Below, one piece after another: positions 11,700 through 22,280 of a stretch of 64,000 nucleotides of DNA. The translations under genes and the position numbers were made by a program. The first letter of the stretch is position 1, and each line of letters opens with the position of its first letter. The stretch is from Octopus sinensis (lineage: Eukaryota), in assembly GCF_006345805.1 (NCBI RefSeq), contig NC_043004.1, positions 64,232,001 through 64,296,000 of the forward strand, in the 5' to 3' direction. The notes below the pieces were generated by a model. That model did not search any database. It saw only the letters and a list, made by a program, of their open reading frames with translations, and was not told where the DNA came from.

Positions 11700-12130
11700 A
11701 CTCCCTATTTCCTCATCACAACAACTAAAACACCTCCCTACTCCCCACCATCTCTACCTGCAGTACGTGCGCGCACTCGTCTTTATATGAACGTCCTTGT
11801 GTATAGAGAAACCGCTACTTGTGGTTAGTTCCATATAAATAGCAGAGACGGGGGGGAGAGGGGGAGACAGTCGTGGAAAGAGAGGGAGGAGAGAGGGAGA
11901 GAGTGAGTCGTAGTGGGAGAGAGAAAATGCGAAACGCGTATTTTCCGCTGTTTTCTTTTTGTTTTTCCTTTCGACTGTGACTCATCCACCACGTAGCATC
12001 ACCATGACAACAGCGAGTGCAACAACAATAACAGCAGCAGTAGTAGCTGCACACTACCACTGCTACTACTACTACTACTACTGCAACTAGTAGCAGTGGT
12101 AGTAGTAGTAATTGTTGTTTACAATGCTGT
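11700..12130 (+). promoter_or_regulatory. Possible promoter-like region
   Basis: CpG-retaining unique sequence, TATAAATAG at 11834-11842, GA-rich tract, TGACTCA at 11978-11984; motif-level evidence only. Confidence 0.2.
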
Positions 12131-12672
12131 CGATGAAAATATACGCGTGTCCATCTATACTGCTACATATGCGCTGTTTTCTACGCATACACACGGATAT
12201 ATATATGTATATATATATATATATAGATAGATAGATAGACGGACAGACAGACAGCTATGGCAGGGTGTGCTCGCAGGTGCAATATATATATTTATATATT
12301 TCTTTGTTTTGGGATGTAATGAGAGGCGAACAATTGCAAATAAATATACAACTAGGGAGAGGAGTACGATTGTGAGTGTAGGTATAACAGGAAAAAAATG
12401 CAATAAACCCCATACCATGTAGTTTGGGAATGCTTTGGCTGTCATTTCTAGCATGAGTACATTTGCGTATGTGAATGTTTTTGTGTGTATATTTGTCTAG
12501 ACATGAAACCATTGGTAACTTTTTAATTGGCCATAACCAACGACAACATAAAATATATTTTTGTCTATATACTGAGTATATCTCTACATATGTGATTATA
12601 TATTTATACGTATGTGTATTTTCGGGCACGTGAATATTGTATGTTTGCGCGCGTGTGTCTATATATATACAT

Positions 12673-12788
<116 letters not shown>

Positions 12789-13419
12789 AACATGCATGGA
12801 CAATGTGTGTATTTTGTGCGTGGATGTATGTATGTTTGTTTATAAATTGTGCTTACAGATGTAGGCGTATAAATAAGAAACATACTCTGTTATGTGTGAG
12901 TGGTGCCCCAGCTTGGCCGCTGTCTCATGACTGAAACAAGTAAAAGAATAGACATATTTGCATGAAAGAAAAGAATAAAAGACGGGAGAAGGAGGGTCGG
13001 AACTTGGGGTTATTTCCTTACATTATTGAGGGCGAAAGAATCATCCCTCATAGAAATAATTCTGGTGAATGAATGGAAGACGCCCACAAATGAGCCTCTC
13101 TGACATGCTAGAAATAACAGTCAATACATTTTCAGACAACATACCGTCGTGTCTATGGCTTTTCATTTTTCTTTCTTTTATGAATCTAATATACACGGTA
13201 CTGTTTTTAAAAAAAAGAGGAGATGGTCACAAGTGGAATATCGTTGATCGTTAATAATCATGATAAACAACCACATACTGTTGATGAAGATGGGATGTGT
13301 TTATGTATGGGAATATATGTGTGTATGTATATATATGCTTGTGTGTGTGTTATGGGTATGTGTGTGTATGTAGGTGTTTATGTTCTCGTGTCTACGTACA
13401 TAATTGTCTTTCCTGTTCG

Positions 13420-13705
13420 CACAGTGCCTTCAACATTAACCGAATGCTAACCAAAGCTTTCTGAATGAATTTGATAGACGGAATCTGAAAAAAGCTCATC
13501 GTGTGTGTGTGTGTGTGTTTATCCCCCACTACCGCTTGACGATCGGTGTTGGTTTGCTTACGTTTCCGTGATCAAGCAGTTCGGCATAGAAGACTAATAC
13601 GGTACCAGGTTTTTAAAAAATAACTAGCGGGCTCTATGCAACTAAAACCATTCAAGGTGGTGCCCCAACTTGGCCACAGTTAACTGACTGAAAAAAAGTA
13701 AGATA
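13420..13705 (+). mobile_element. SINE family A, 3' part
   Basis: ttgatagacggaatctgaaa..(TG)n..accgcttgacgatcggtgttgg..ggtgccccaacttggccacag. Confidence 0.8.
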
Positions 13706-14424
13706 AGATGTGTGTGTGTGTTCATGTATATATACGTAATTCTCTTTCTCTCTCGTACACATAGGAAGATGTAGATAATAAGCTGTACGTATTTGGTGTA
13801 AGAGATGATGATGATGTGTTTTCAAGACTGTTGATTGATCTCCTTACAAACCAGACAAACATCTGTAAAGATGATGTTATAAAAGCCTAGTCATTAGTTA
13901 TGTCTTTCACGCCTCTCTCCACAGACACACAGCTTCCTTAGTCAGACAGACATGTACTTAAAGATGCTATATAAAGTGATGTAAATTGCTCTTGGTGTGT
14001 GTGTGTGAGACAGAGGGTAGGAATAGTCTTCGTTCCCCTCTCACTTACCCACATTACCACCCCCAACACAACCCCTAACCACCGCCGCCCCCATTGTCAT
14101 TTCAGTTGTAATTTCCACCGACCTATGCTAATTACTCTTTCTCTCTTAAGCAATGCAGGTGACGATGAAAGAAAGCATCATTCGAAACCTGGGTTTTATT
14201 TAACGAATTATACCCCATCTTTATCGTGTAAAAATACCATACAGTATCGTTAAATATTACGAAATTTACTGAATGCGGAAGACTGTTTTCAGTTTTACCG
14301 TGTGTTACCTCAAACAAACACACGCACAGTATGTGTGTGTACTTGTGTAGATAACCAAGTGAAGACCTGCTGGTAATATACATGATAAAAAAACAACTTA
14401 CTGTTACACACAGACAACTAATGC

Positions 14425-14458
<34 letters not shown>

Positions 14459-14519
14459 TGGTAAAACGGTAAGATAACAAAAGAAAGAAAGAGACCTCAA
14501 TATTATGTAAATAAATTTC

Positions 14520-14590
<71 letters not shown>

Positions 14591-14717
14591 TATTAGAAGA
14601 AATGAGGTAATCAGAAGATCGGATGGTTTATATTTACAGATCTTTATTTATATATTACATTTTTTACATATATATCATATCACTTAGATCATTAGCGCTT
14701 TCTCCCATTCTATTCTC

Positions 14718-14799
<82 letters not shown>

Positions 14800-14816
14800 G
14801 GAGAGAGAGAGAGACC

Positions 14817-14947
14817 GGTTCATGGTGTTACCCTGGGCTTCTCGTCCATAACGGGTTTGGCCTTACGGCGTATCGTCAAGCCCCATACCTGTTGGCCTAA
14901 GACTTCTTCAAAATATGGACGGGAAACTCAGGGTAACCTCATAAACC
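14817..14947. other. 131-bp hairpin element with 34-bp arms
   Basis: ggttcatggtgttaccctgggcttctcgtccata pairs with tatggacgggaaactcagggtaacctcataaacc (3 mismatches, 3 G-U). Confidence 0.8.
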
Positions 14948-15213
14948 TCTTCTCATTATAATATTAACTGCTCTGCACCGTAGAGTGTGCTTCTTATCCG
15001 GATCTATGTTTTTCTACAAACGATACATATATGAGGGATTCTCTCGACATGAACGACAAATGTGGGCTCAGCAAAATAAAGCAGTAATCGTGATCTATGA
15101 ACGCGAATGTGTTTCTTGAGGCTTGTTGATGCCTTGCAAACCTTTTTAGCAAAAGGGACGAGATGAGGACTCAGTTTTCTCGAGTGCTAGTGGACCATTT
15201 ACTATGTGTTTTC

Positions 15214-15372
15214 CAGGGGTGGATCCAAGGGCGAGGGGTGGCATGAGGAGTACGGGTCCCCCACCACCTCAAGAAAAGAAGTACCCCCTTCTAAATAATG
15301 TTATTATACCCGTTTCTCCTGGAATTGTGACTTTGTGCCCTCCTTTCGAAAAAGTTCCTGTGACCGCGCCTG
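15214..15372. mobile_element. CAGG-ended MITE
   Basis: caggggtggatccaagg / cctgtgaccgcgcctg; ttttc on both flanks. Confidence 0.55.
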
Positions 15373-16082
15373 TTTTCTATATGTATAGGAGCAAAAATGA
15401 ATGAAGATAAATAAATCAGAGGCACGTATTTGAACAACATCGACAAATACAGGTATAGTAAATACTATTCAATATGTATGCTTCATTTATTAAAACTATT
15501 TCCTAGAGGATAGCTATATATACATAACATAAAGGAAGGAGGATTTGAAATCTGGGCAGATACCTTATTAGCTCTGATGAAATCTTGGTTTAGCTAACCA
15601 CATCAAAAGAAAGGAAATGTTTAGAATCGTTTAAGATTCAATAAGAGGCAATTTATTTAATATAAATCAACTAAATGCATGGAACTATTATATGAAAGGA
15701 TATTAAGACACTTAACAGAAACACGAGTTGGAATGTAATATGAGGAAAATGCTTGAATAATAAATAAACTTTGAAGATTCTCCATTCTTCGTTTTGATGT
15801 CTTGCATATTCCACATGTGGTACCAGCAAGGTGGTATAGATAAGAAGTTTCTTCTGTTACCATGTGGCCTTTTAAAGCTCTCTCCCACTCCACGGAACAT
15901 TGGGCAAGTGTCTTCTTGAGTTAACTAATATCTTGTGAGTGAAATCAATAAACAGGAATTGTATTTTTAGAGTTATTGATCTGGAGCTAACATCAACAAC
16001 AGCAGTTGTGGTCGAGTATTCTTGTAATATATTATCTCAGGGTCTGGAACAAGGGTAGAAGGGTGCAAGCATAACCCTTAAC

Positions 16083-16507
16083 CAGCGTTGGATTAACCAT
16101 AAAGTAAAAAAATCACATGCTTAGGGCATCAAGAAAAGGAAGGGGCACCACATAAATGGTAACTGGTTTACGGCACAAAAGAAATCACTTTAAACTTTCT
16201 TAAATAACATTCAGGATGCCTTTATCACTACTTAGTATAGATGCAGATGTGTTACCTAAGATTAATTTTGAGGATCTAATCAAAGACTTTGCAATTCCAA
16301 AAAATAGGAAGAAACTTTTCAGATACAAATTAAGTGGAAGTATACAAAAATAAAAATTTTTCCCTCTTACTGTTTCATTTCGTTTTGAAAAATAAAAATT
16401 TATTTTATGGTTTGTTATTGTTTATATTTTGAATTACATAATCTTCTACGGGGGGTACCAAAATCTTTTAAGTGCTTAGGACCTTGATGGGTCATATTCC
16501 AGCCCTG
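16083..16507 (+). mobile_element. hAT-type MITE (three copies in the window)
   Basis: cagcgttggattaa / tattccagccctg ends; 8-bp TSD cccttaac/cccataac (7/8 match). Confidence 0.8.
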
Positions 16508-16846
16508 CCCATAACATTTTGGTGGAACTATAAAAATGCTTTCAACATCCTCCTAAAAAACAGGATTTGCACCTCTTGAACAGATTTCATTCTTACACTT
16601 ATGTAGATTATAGTTGGTGTTAGGAAGGACATCCAACCATAGAAGACAAGTGAAGATTGAAATGTAATTTGCAAGATTTGATTCCCTAACTCCATCTAGG
16701 AATAAGAACTGACTTGGAAAAGCATGGAAAAATGAACATTAAGTGATAATTATATATATATTCGGTAATCTTAAAGCTTGAAAGCAACAAGGCTTCTGTT
16801 AGAGGCCAGTGAAACTTTGTCACATAGAACTAAATCCAACTGCTGT

Positions 16847-16889
<43 letters not shown>

Positions 16890-16891
<2 letters not shown>

Positions 16892-17109
16892 GGAGTAAAC
16901 ACATAAATGTGAAACAAGGTGGAAAAAAGAGTACTCAAATACCAGTGGTAGAATAATATGATTTTTTTAAAAGCAGCAGAAATTTAACGAAAGCTGTTAC
17001 TCGGAGTTTCGTGTTCCTGTTCGTCGGACAGTTTTGTTAAAATAGAACTGAGATGACAATTTGATCAAAACTAGCATAAACGATATTTCAGCTGCTTTTA
17101 AATAAAGTA
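16890..17109 (-). mobile_element. Penelope-type pseudo-LTR remnant between (TA)n tracts
   Basis: Same family as 44488-44661; contains a hammerhead-like motif and a short inverted terminal arm (ctgcttttaaataaag). Confidence 0.6.
16994..17031 (-). ncRNA. Degenerate type-I hammerhead motif
   Basis: Minus strand ctgt-CCGACGA-acaggaacac-GAAAC-tccga-GTA-acag; stems I and III pair, U4 is C, stem II disrupted. Confidence 0.45.
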
Positions 17110-17127
17110 TATATATATATATATCAT

Positions 17128-17492
17128 CATTGTGGCACTCTGTCGGTTACAACGACAAAGGTTCCAGTTGATCCGATCAACAGAATAGTCTGCTCATGAA
17201 ATTAATGTGTAAGTGGCTGAGCACTCTACAGACACGTGTTCCCTTCACATAGTTCTTGGGGAGATTCAGCATGCTACAGTGTGTGACAAGGCTGACCCAT
17301 TGAAATACAGATACAACAGAAACAGGAAGAAAGAGTGAGAGAAAGTTGTGGGGAAAGAGTACAGCAGGGTTCGCCACCACCCCCTGCCAGAGCCTCGTGG
17401 AGCTTTAGGTGTTTTCACTCAATAAACACTCACAACGCCCAGTCTAGGAATCGAAACTGCAATCCCACGACCTCAAGTCCACTGCACCTCCA
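17128..17492 (-). mobile_element. SINE family D, tail type 2
   Basis: Reverse complement of the D head; different 3' body (gaatctccccaagaac..gatcggatcaactgg). Confidence 0.85.
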
Positions 17493-17509
17493 CATATATA
17501 TATATATAT

Positions 17510-18168
17510 AAATCTTTCTTTACTTATTTCAGTCATTAGACTGAGGCCATGCTGGGGCACTGCCTTCAATTTTTAGTGGAATGAATCAACCCCAATGCTT
17601 AATTTTTAAACTTGGTACTTATTCTATTGGTCTCTTTTGCTGAACCACAAAGCTATGGGGATGCTAATACACCAATACCTATTTCTATTTCTCTATTACC
17701 CACAAGGGGCTAAACATAGAGGGGACAAACAAGGACAGACATAGGTATTAAGTCGATTACATCGACCCCAGTGCGTAACTGGTACTTAATTTATCGACCC
17801 CGAAAGGATGAAAGGCAAAGTCGACCTCGGCGGAATTTGAACTCAGAACGTAGCGGCAGACGAAATACCACTCAGCATTTTGTCCGGCACGCTGACGTTT
17901 CTGCCAGCTCGCCTAATACACCAATACCAGTTGTCAAGCATGTGGGGACAAACACAGACATAAAGACACCCACCCACCCACACACACAGATATATATACA
18001 TATATATGATGGGGTTCATTCAGTTTCTGTCTGCCAAATCCAATCACAAAGCTTTGGTCGGTCCGAGGCTATAGTAGAACACACTTGCTCAAGGTGCCAC
18101 GCAGAGGGACTGAACCTGGAACCATGTGGTTGGTAAGCAAGCTTCTTACCATTCAGCCACACCTGCAC
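17510..18168 (-). mobile_element. SINE family A interrupted by a family B insertion
   Basis: Family A sequence continuous across the insertion. Confidence 0.85.
17680..17912 (-). mobile_element. SINE family B with 16-bp TSD
   Basis: TSD ctaatacaccaatacc at 17664-17679 and 17913-17928. Confidence 0.9.
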
Positions 18169-18191
18169 CTATATATATACACATATACATA

Positions 18192-18395
18192 CAGGGTGTC
18201 CCAGAAGTTGCACACACTGGTTTTTTAAAAGAATACACCCTTACTGATTTCAAAAGCACTTTATTGAAATTAATTCTAACAAATGCTCAAATTGAGCACC
18301 CTCTACAATAAAACATGCCAAAAAAAATAATAAAATAAATCGCTTTAATAATTTTTAATGAAAACCAGAATGGTGTGCAACTTCTGGGACAGCTG
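18192..18395. mobile_element. Tc1/mariner-type MITE
   Basis: TA|cagggtgtcccagaagttgcacac ... gtgtgcaacttctgggacagctg|TA. Confidence 0.85.
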
Positions 18396-18499
18396 TATAT
18401 ATATATATATACATGTCCACAAAGGTATTGAAGTTCTCTTGGATTAACTATTTCTTGGGTAAAATTTTTCATTAAATCAAGTTTAGTTTAGAGAATGTC

Positions 18500-18935
18500 A
18501 TAGAAGCCAGGTAAAGAGACAGATTAGACACTGCTCACGTTAGAAAGGTTTGATATAGTGATCGCCAGTAACACAACCATTCTATAAATATAAGAAGCAG
18601 CGGTGTTTTGTAAATCCTGTTCGTGTGTCCATTAGCTTTCAAATAACAGATCTACATAGTATTCCATTTACGAACATGGTATTGAATAGTGTCAAGCAGT
18701 ATTCCATGTTTGACATATGTTTCTATTATGTGGACAGCTTGGACAATAAGGAATGCATAGCTTTACATTCTTGTTACGTAGAACTACTTTCAAGCTTCTT
18801 TGTAACGAATCAATGAAAAGGTGCCAGTCAGGTACTCTAGAAGTCTCAGACAAGTTTGTGAAGAATTCATTGATGTCACTGCTATTGCAGAATGGACCAT
18901 CTAATGTAATACACGTTACCAATTAAAGTGTTGCT
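18500..18935 (-). pseudogene. DNA-transposon transposase relic (motif style I associate with Chapaev/CMC; unconfirmed)
   Basis: Frameshift-joined translation PDWHLFIDSLQRSLKVVL..AVH..ETY..LLDTIQYHVRKW..TGFTKHRCFLYL*..DHYIK, matching the WRLFIDSSKRSLKAVLLHNGN..GYTK.PCFLCLWD transposase pattern. Confidence 0.7.
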
Positions 18936-19117
18936 TTCAATAGTAAGTCACTTTTGCATTTTGATCAAGTAAATTAGCTTTGTTCAGTGTAGAGATGATA
19001 AGCTCAACCTCCAACAACAGTAGATTGCTAACAAGGTTATTGAAATGTTCTCGAGTAAATAACTTAATTTACATTATTTACATTCAACGGATATTTGTCC
19101 TCATCTTGTTTGTTGTT

Positions 19118-19160
19118 AACACGTTTCGGCTGATATACCCTCAAGCCTTCATCAGGTGTC
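19118..19160 (-). ncRNA. Hammerhead motif, copy with a 3-nt deletion at the cleavage junction
   Basis: Minus strand gacac-CTGATGA-a-ggcttgagggtatatcagcc-GAAAC-gtgtt. Confidence 0.55.
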
Positions 19161-19309
19161 TTGGGGAAATTTTGAATCTGGGTTCTCATTCCTAAGGAAT
19201 TTTTCAATGTTATTATTTGATTCTAGGCTGTGACCTGAATAATAATAATAATAATGATAACATCGAAAAATACATTAGGAATGAGAACCCAGGTTCGAAA
19301 TTTCCCCAA

Positions 19310-19355
19310 GACACCTGATGAAGGCTGGAGGGTATATCAGCCGAAACGTTGTGTT
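19310..19355 (+). ncRNA. Minimal type-I hammerhead ribozyme motif, core intact
   Basis: gacac-CTGATGA-a-ggctg(gagggtatat)cagcc-GAAAC-GT-T-gtgtt: stem I gacac/gtgtt, 5-bp stem II, palindromic ACGT stem III, GUU triplet. Confidence 0.75.
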
Positions 19356-19546
19356 AACAACAAACAAGATGAGGACAAAAATCCATCAAATGTAAATAAT
19401 GTAAATAATGTACATAATTCCTCATCTCTTAAATATAGAACTTAAGCTCCAAATATTTTTCAGGATCTCTAGAAGCTCCATCCTCATCACATCAGTTTTA
19501 TTATTATTATTATTATTATCTCTAGAAGCTGGTCCATTATTTAGAG

Positions 19547-19876
19547 TAGTGATTCTCAACCTTTGTTTCTGTTTTGTTTATGGACCCTCTTGATTACTGT
19601 TTTATTCTGGTCGACCTCTCATAACCATTCAATGTTTAAAAACTAGTTTTATAGATATTTCTTTCAAAATTCCTATTTTGTTTTATCACATTCACTTCTG
19701 TAGGTGGAGCTATGTAAAACATTTGATAAAGAAATTTAGCTCCCTCTTCCAACAAATACATCTAACTCAAAACTTTTTTATAGACCCTTAATATGCTACT
19801 GTGCATCCCCAGTTTACTAATTTGCTTGCATGGTGGACCCCCTTAGGATTATATGGATCACAGTTGAAAACCACTG
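19547..19876. mobile_element. hAT-type MITE
   Basis: tagtgattctcaac / gttgaaaaccactg TIRs; 8-bp TSD atttagag/ttttagag. Confidence 0.85.
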
Positions 19877-20079
19877 TTTTAGAGAAGAGGGAAATGAATT
19901 TTCATTAAGTTTGACTAATCTAGAGGCTTCAGTTGATGACCTTGTATTCTTTATAGAAACCCCAGGTATTTGGTAGGGGTTACTTAAGCACTTCAACAAC
20001 TTTTCTCCACTATTCTTAACTCTAAGCTGTCTTTCCTCTCACAGTTCTTCTTGGTTTTGGACTGCCATCGGTTCTTCTG

Positions 20080-20275
20080 TTGCTGGCATCACATAAAAAA
20101 AGCACCCATAGAGGAGTCATGTAAAATGCACCCATTATGCTCTGTAAAGTGGCTGGCATCAGGAAGGGTATCCAGCCATAGAAACCAAGCTATAAAAACA
20201 AATGGAGCCTGGTGCAGCTCCTGTGAAACCATTCAACCCATGCCAGTATGGAAAATGGGTATTAAATGATGGTGA
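20080..20275 (+). mobile_element. Family E retroposon 3' end, CpG-decayed
   Basis: ggctggcatcaggaagggtatccagc..aacccatgccagtatggaaaa..ttaaatgatg. Confidence 0.8.
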
Positions 20276-21399
20276 GGGGTATTGGCCCTACACAAACCCG
20301 TTTTCACCCCAAGGAAGACGTGGTCTCTATCCTTTGATCTATCGGTTGGCTTAGCTTTCAGGATGATTGAGGCACACAAGAACTGGCTCTGGTGGAGGAG
20401 GATTTCATTGGGGTTAATACGACAGAAAATTGTGATAAACAAGGGGTAAATCCTTCACTAATGTGTTTTGACAAAGGATGTGAGTTTCAATGAAAAGAAA
20501 GCTGAAAAACCAGAGCTCTTTGAATATGAAATCATTTCTGATATTTGTTCAAAACTGAATTTTCTGCAGATTAGAAAAATAAATGGAACAGTCATGGCTA
20601 GATTGCTTCTGATCATTAGATCTGTGCAACTAGGATTGTCATGAGGCTAAACTACTAAACTCTAACAATAACAACAATCACACAGGCTCTGTCAACAGCT
20701 CGTATTATAGGTGTTTTCCTAGTTTGCCCTTTGCTGGGTTTCTCTCTCTCCCAGTATTGGAATGTTTCATTTCCTTCTTTATATTTTTTATCATTCTTTG
20801 TTGTTGTTGTTTTTCCTATTTTATCCTATGTAAACCGATCCTGTCAGCATTTTTGTCATTTATTCTGGTTAGGTCTCATCAACCATTGCCCTTGTGGCAA
20901 ATATTTTTTTTCTTTTTGTTACCATCTCATCATAGGAAAATGATATACAAAACCCTTTAAAGGTCTTCCAAGACTACACTTCTTCCCAGCTTTTCCCAGG
21001 ATTTTACCATTTAATCCTGGCAATTTCTCTGCTACCATTGCCCTTTTGAAAAATTCTGTGTGTGTATGAGTGTGTGAGAGAGAGAGAGGACAGACAATAT
21101 CTATTACTGGTTACGGGGCTTTCAAGACTGTTGCAAAAGAAGGAGGGAAAGAGATATCTTTAAACAAGAGACCTGATTGAAATAATTCTTGCAGGTGTGA
21201 AGAACTCCATCCACTAATGACACCCAAGTACCAGGTAATGATGTTAAACAAGGTTACAGATTAAGTACACTGCCCCGCCACACACACACTCCCTGCCAAG
21301 TAAGTCACAGCAGGATTTGAACTCAGAACACAAAGTGCAGGAACAAAACCACTGATATTACTTCCAGTCGCTCAATTATTTTCCCAGACCACTCCCTTG

Positions 21400-21530
21400 G
21401 AGGGTTAATATATTTATTGATTCCCAGAAAGATAAAAGGCAAAAACTGAACTCAGAATGCAAAAAGGTGGAACAAATACCCACAGGGCATTTCAGTCAAT
21501 GATTCTAACAACTCTGCCACCAGTTCGCTT
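21400..21530 (-). mobile_element. Old SINE family B remnant
   Basis: gaaagataaaaggcaaaa..tgaactcagaatg..ctctgccaccagttcgctt. Confidence 0.6.
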
Positions 21531-22001
21531 AATAAATTACTATTTGTATATTTTGTTTTCATATTTGTTGAGAAAGTAGCGACAGTGATGAGAGCGTTGT
21601 TGGTGGCATTTAGCAATTCTCTGATGATGATGTTTGGGTGAGGGAGTGTTTGTGCAATGGGTGTGGGGGAATGGAGTTAGGTATAGAAGGATACCAACAA
21701 TCACCGAATGTTCTCCAAGCAAAATTAACCTAACAGGAAGTAAGGAAACACATACCTAAGCATTCATACAGTTGATGATGGTGATGATGGGACTGCAGTA
21801 GTGATGATGATGATAACAGTGGTGATAGTGAGTGTATCATTTCCATTAAACACTTTTAAAATATATTTGCTGGCAATGGCAGTCAACATCATCAGCATCA
21901 ACAACCAAAACTCTTCCCCCTCTTACACACACACACACACACACACACGTGTATACAAATTTTTTTTCAGTTACACATGTTCTCTTGAACACACATTTTT
22001 T

Positions 22002-22034
<33 letters not shown>

Positions 22035-22044
<10 letters not shown>

Positions 22045-22280
22045 TGGATTTGATAGAGGGAAACTGAAAGAAGCCTATCATGTGGTTGTCCTCCACCACT
22101 GCTTGATAACCGGTGCTGGTATATTTACATCCTTGTAACTAAGTAGATCAGCAAAAGAAGTACCAGGCTTTATCGAAAAAAAAAATGGTATGTCCTTGGA
22201 TCAATTCATTTGACTAAAAATTCTTCAAGGCAGTGCCCCAGCATGGCCACAGTCTAATGACTGAAACAAGTAAGAGATAC
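22035..22280 (+). mobile_element. SINE family A, 3' part
   Basis: ggatttgatagagggaaactgaaagaagcc..cagcatggccacagtctaatgactgaaacaag. Confidence 0.85.

Larger units (their letters stand above)
19069..19441. mobile_element. Inverted pair of Penelope-type pseudo-LTR modules
   Basis: 19069-19218 is the reverse complement of about 19250-19400; short spacer plus (AAT)n between the arms. Confidence 0.8.

Noticed and set aside
11831-11842. CArG box
   Set aside because: CCATATAAAT lacks the closing GG
13765-13890. Exon-like frame EDVDNKLYVFGVRDDDDVFSRLLIDLL
   Set aside because: Ends in a stop with no donor or partner exon; 41 open codons can arise by chance and the region may be a repeat
15568-15597. 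CTGATGA between ttagct/agctaa (related sequence near 55290; also ctgatga at 47721)
   Set aside because: No GAAA or stem III, so no hammerhead can be folded; at most a deleted relic
20360-20500. Exon-like frames on both strands (GTQELALVEEDFIGVNTT.. / EGFTPCLSQF..)
   Set aside because: The best plus-strand acceptor leads to a stop in the frame that has the good donor; the minus frame terminates; unresolved
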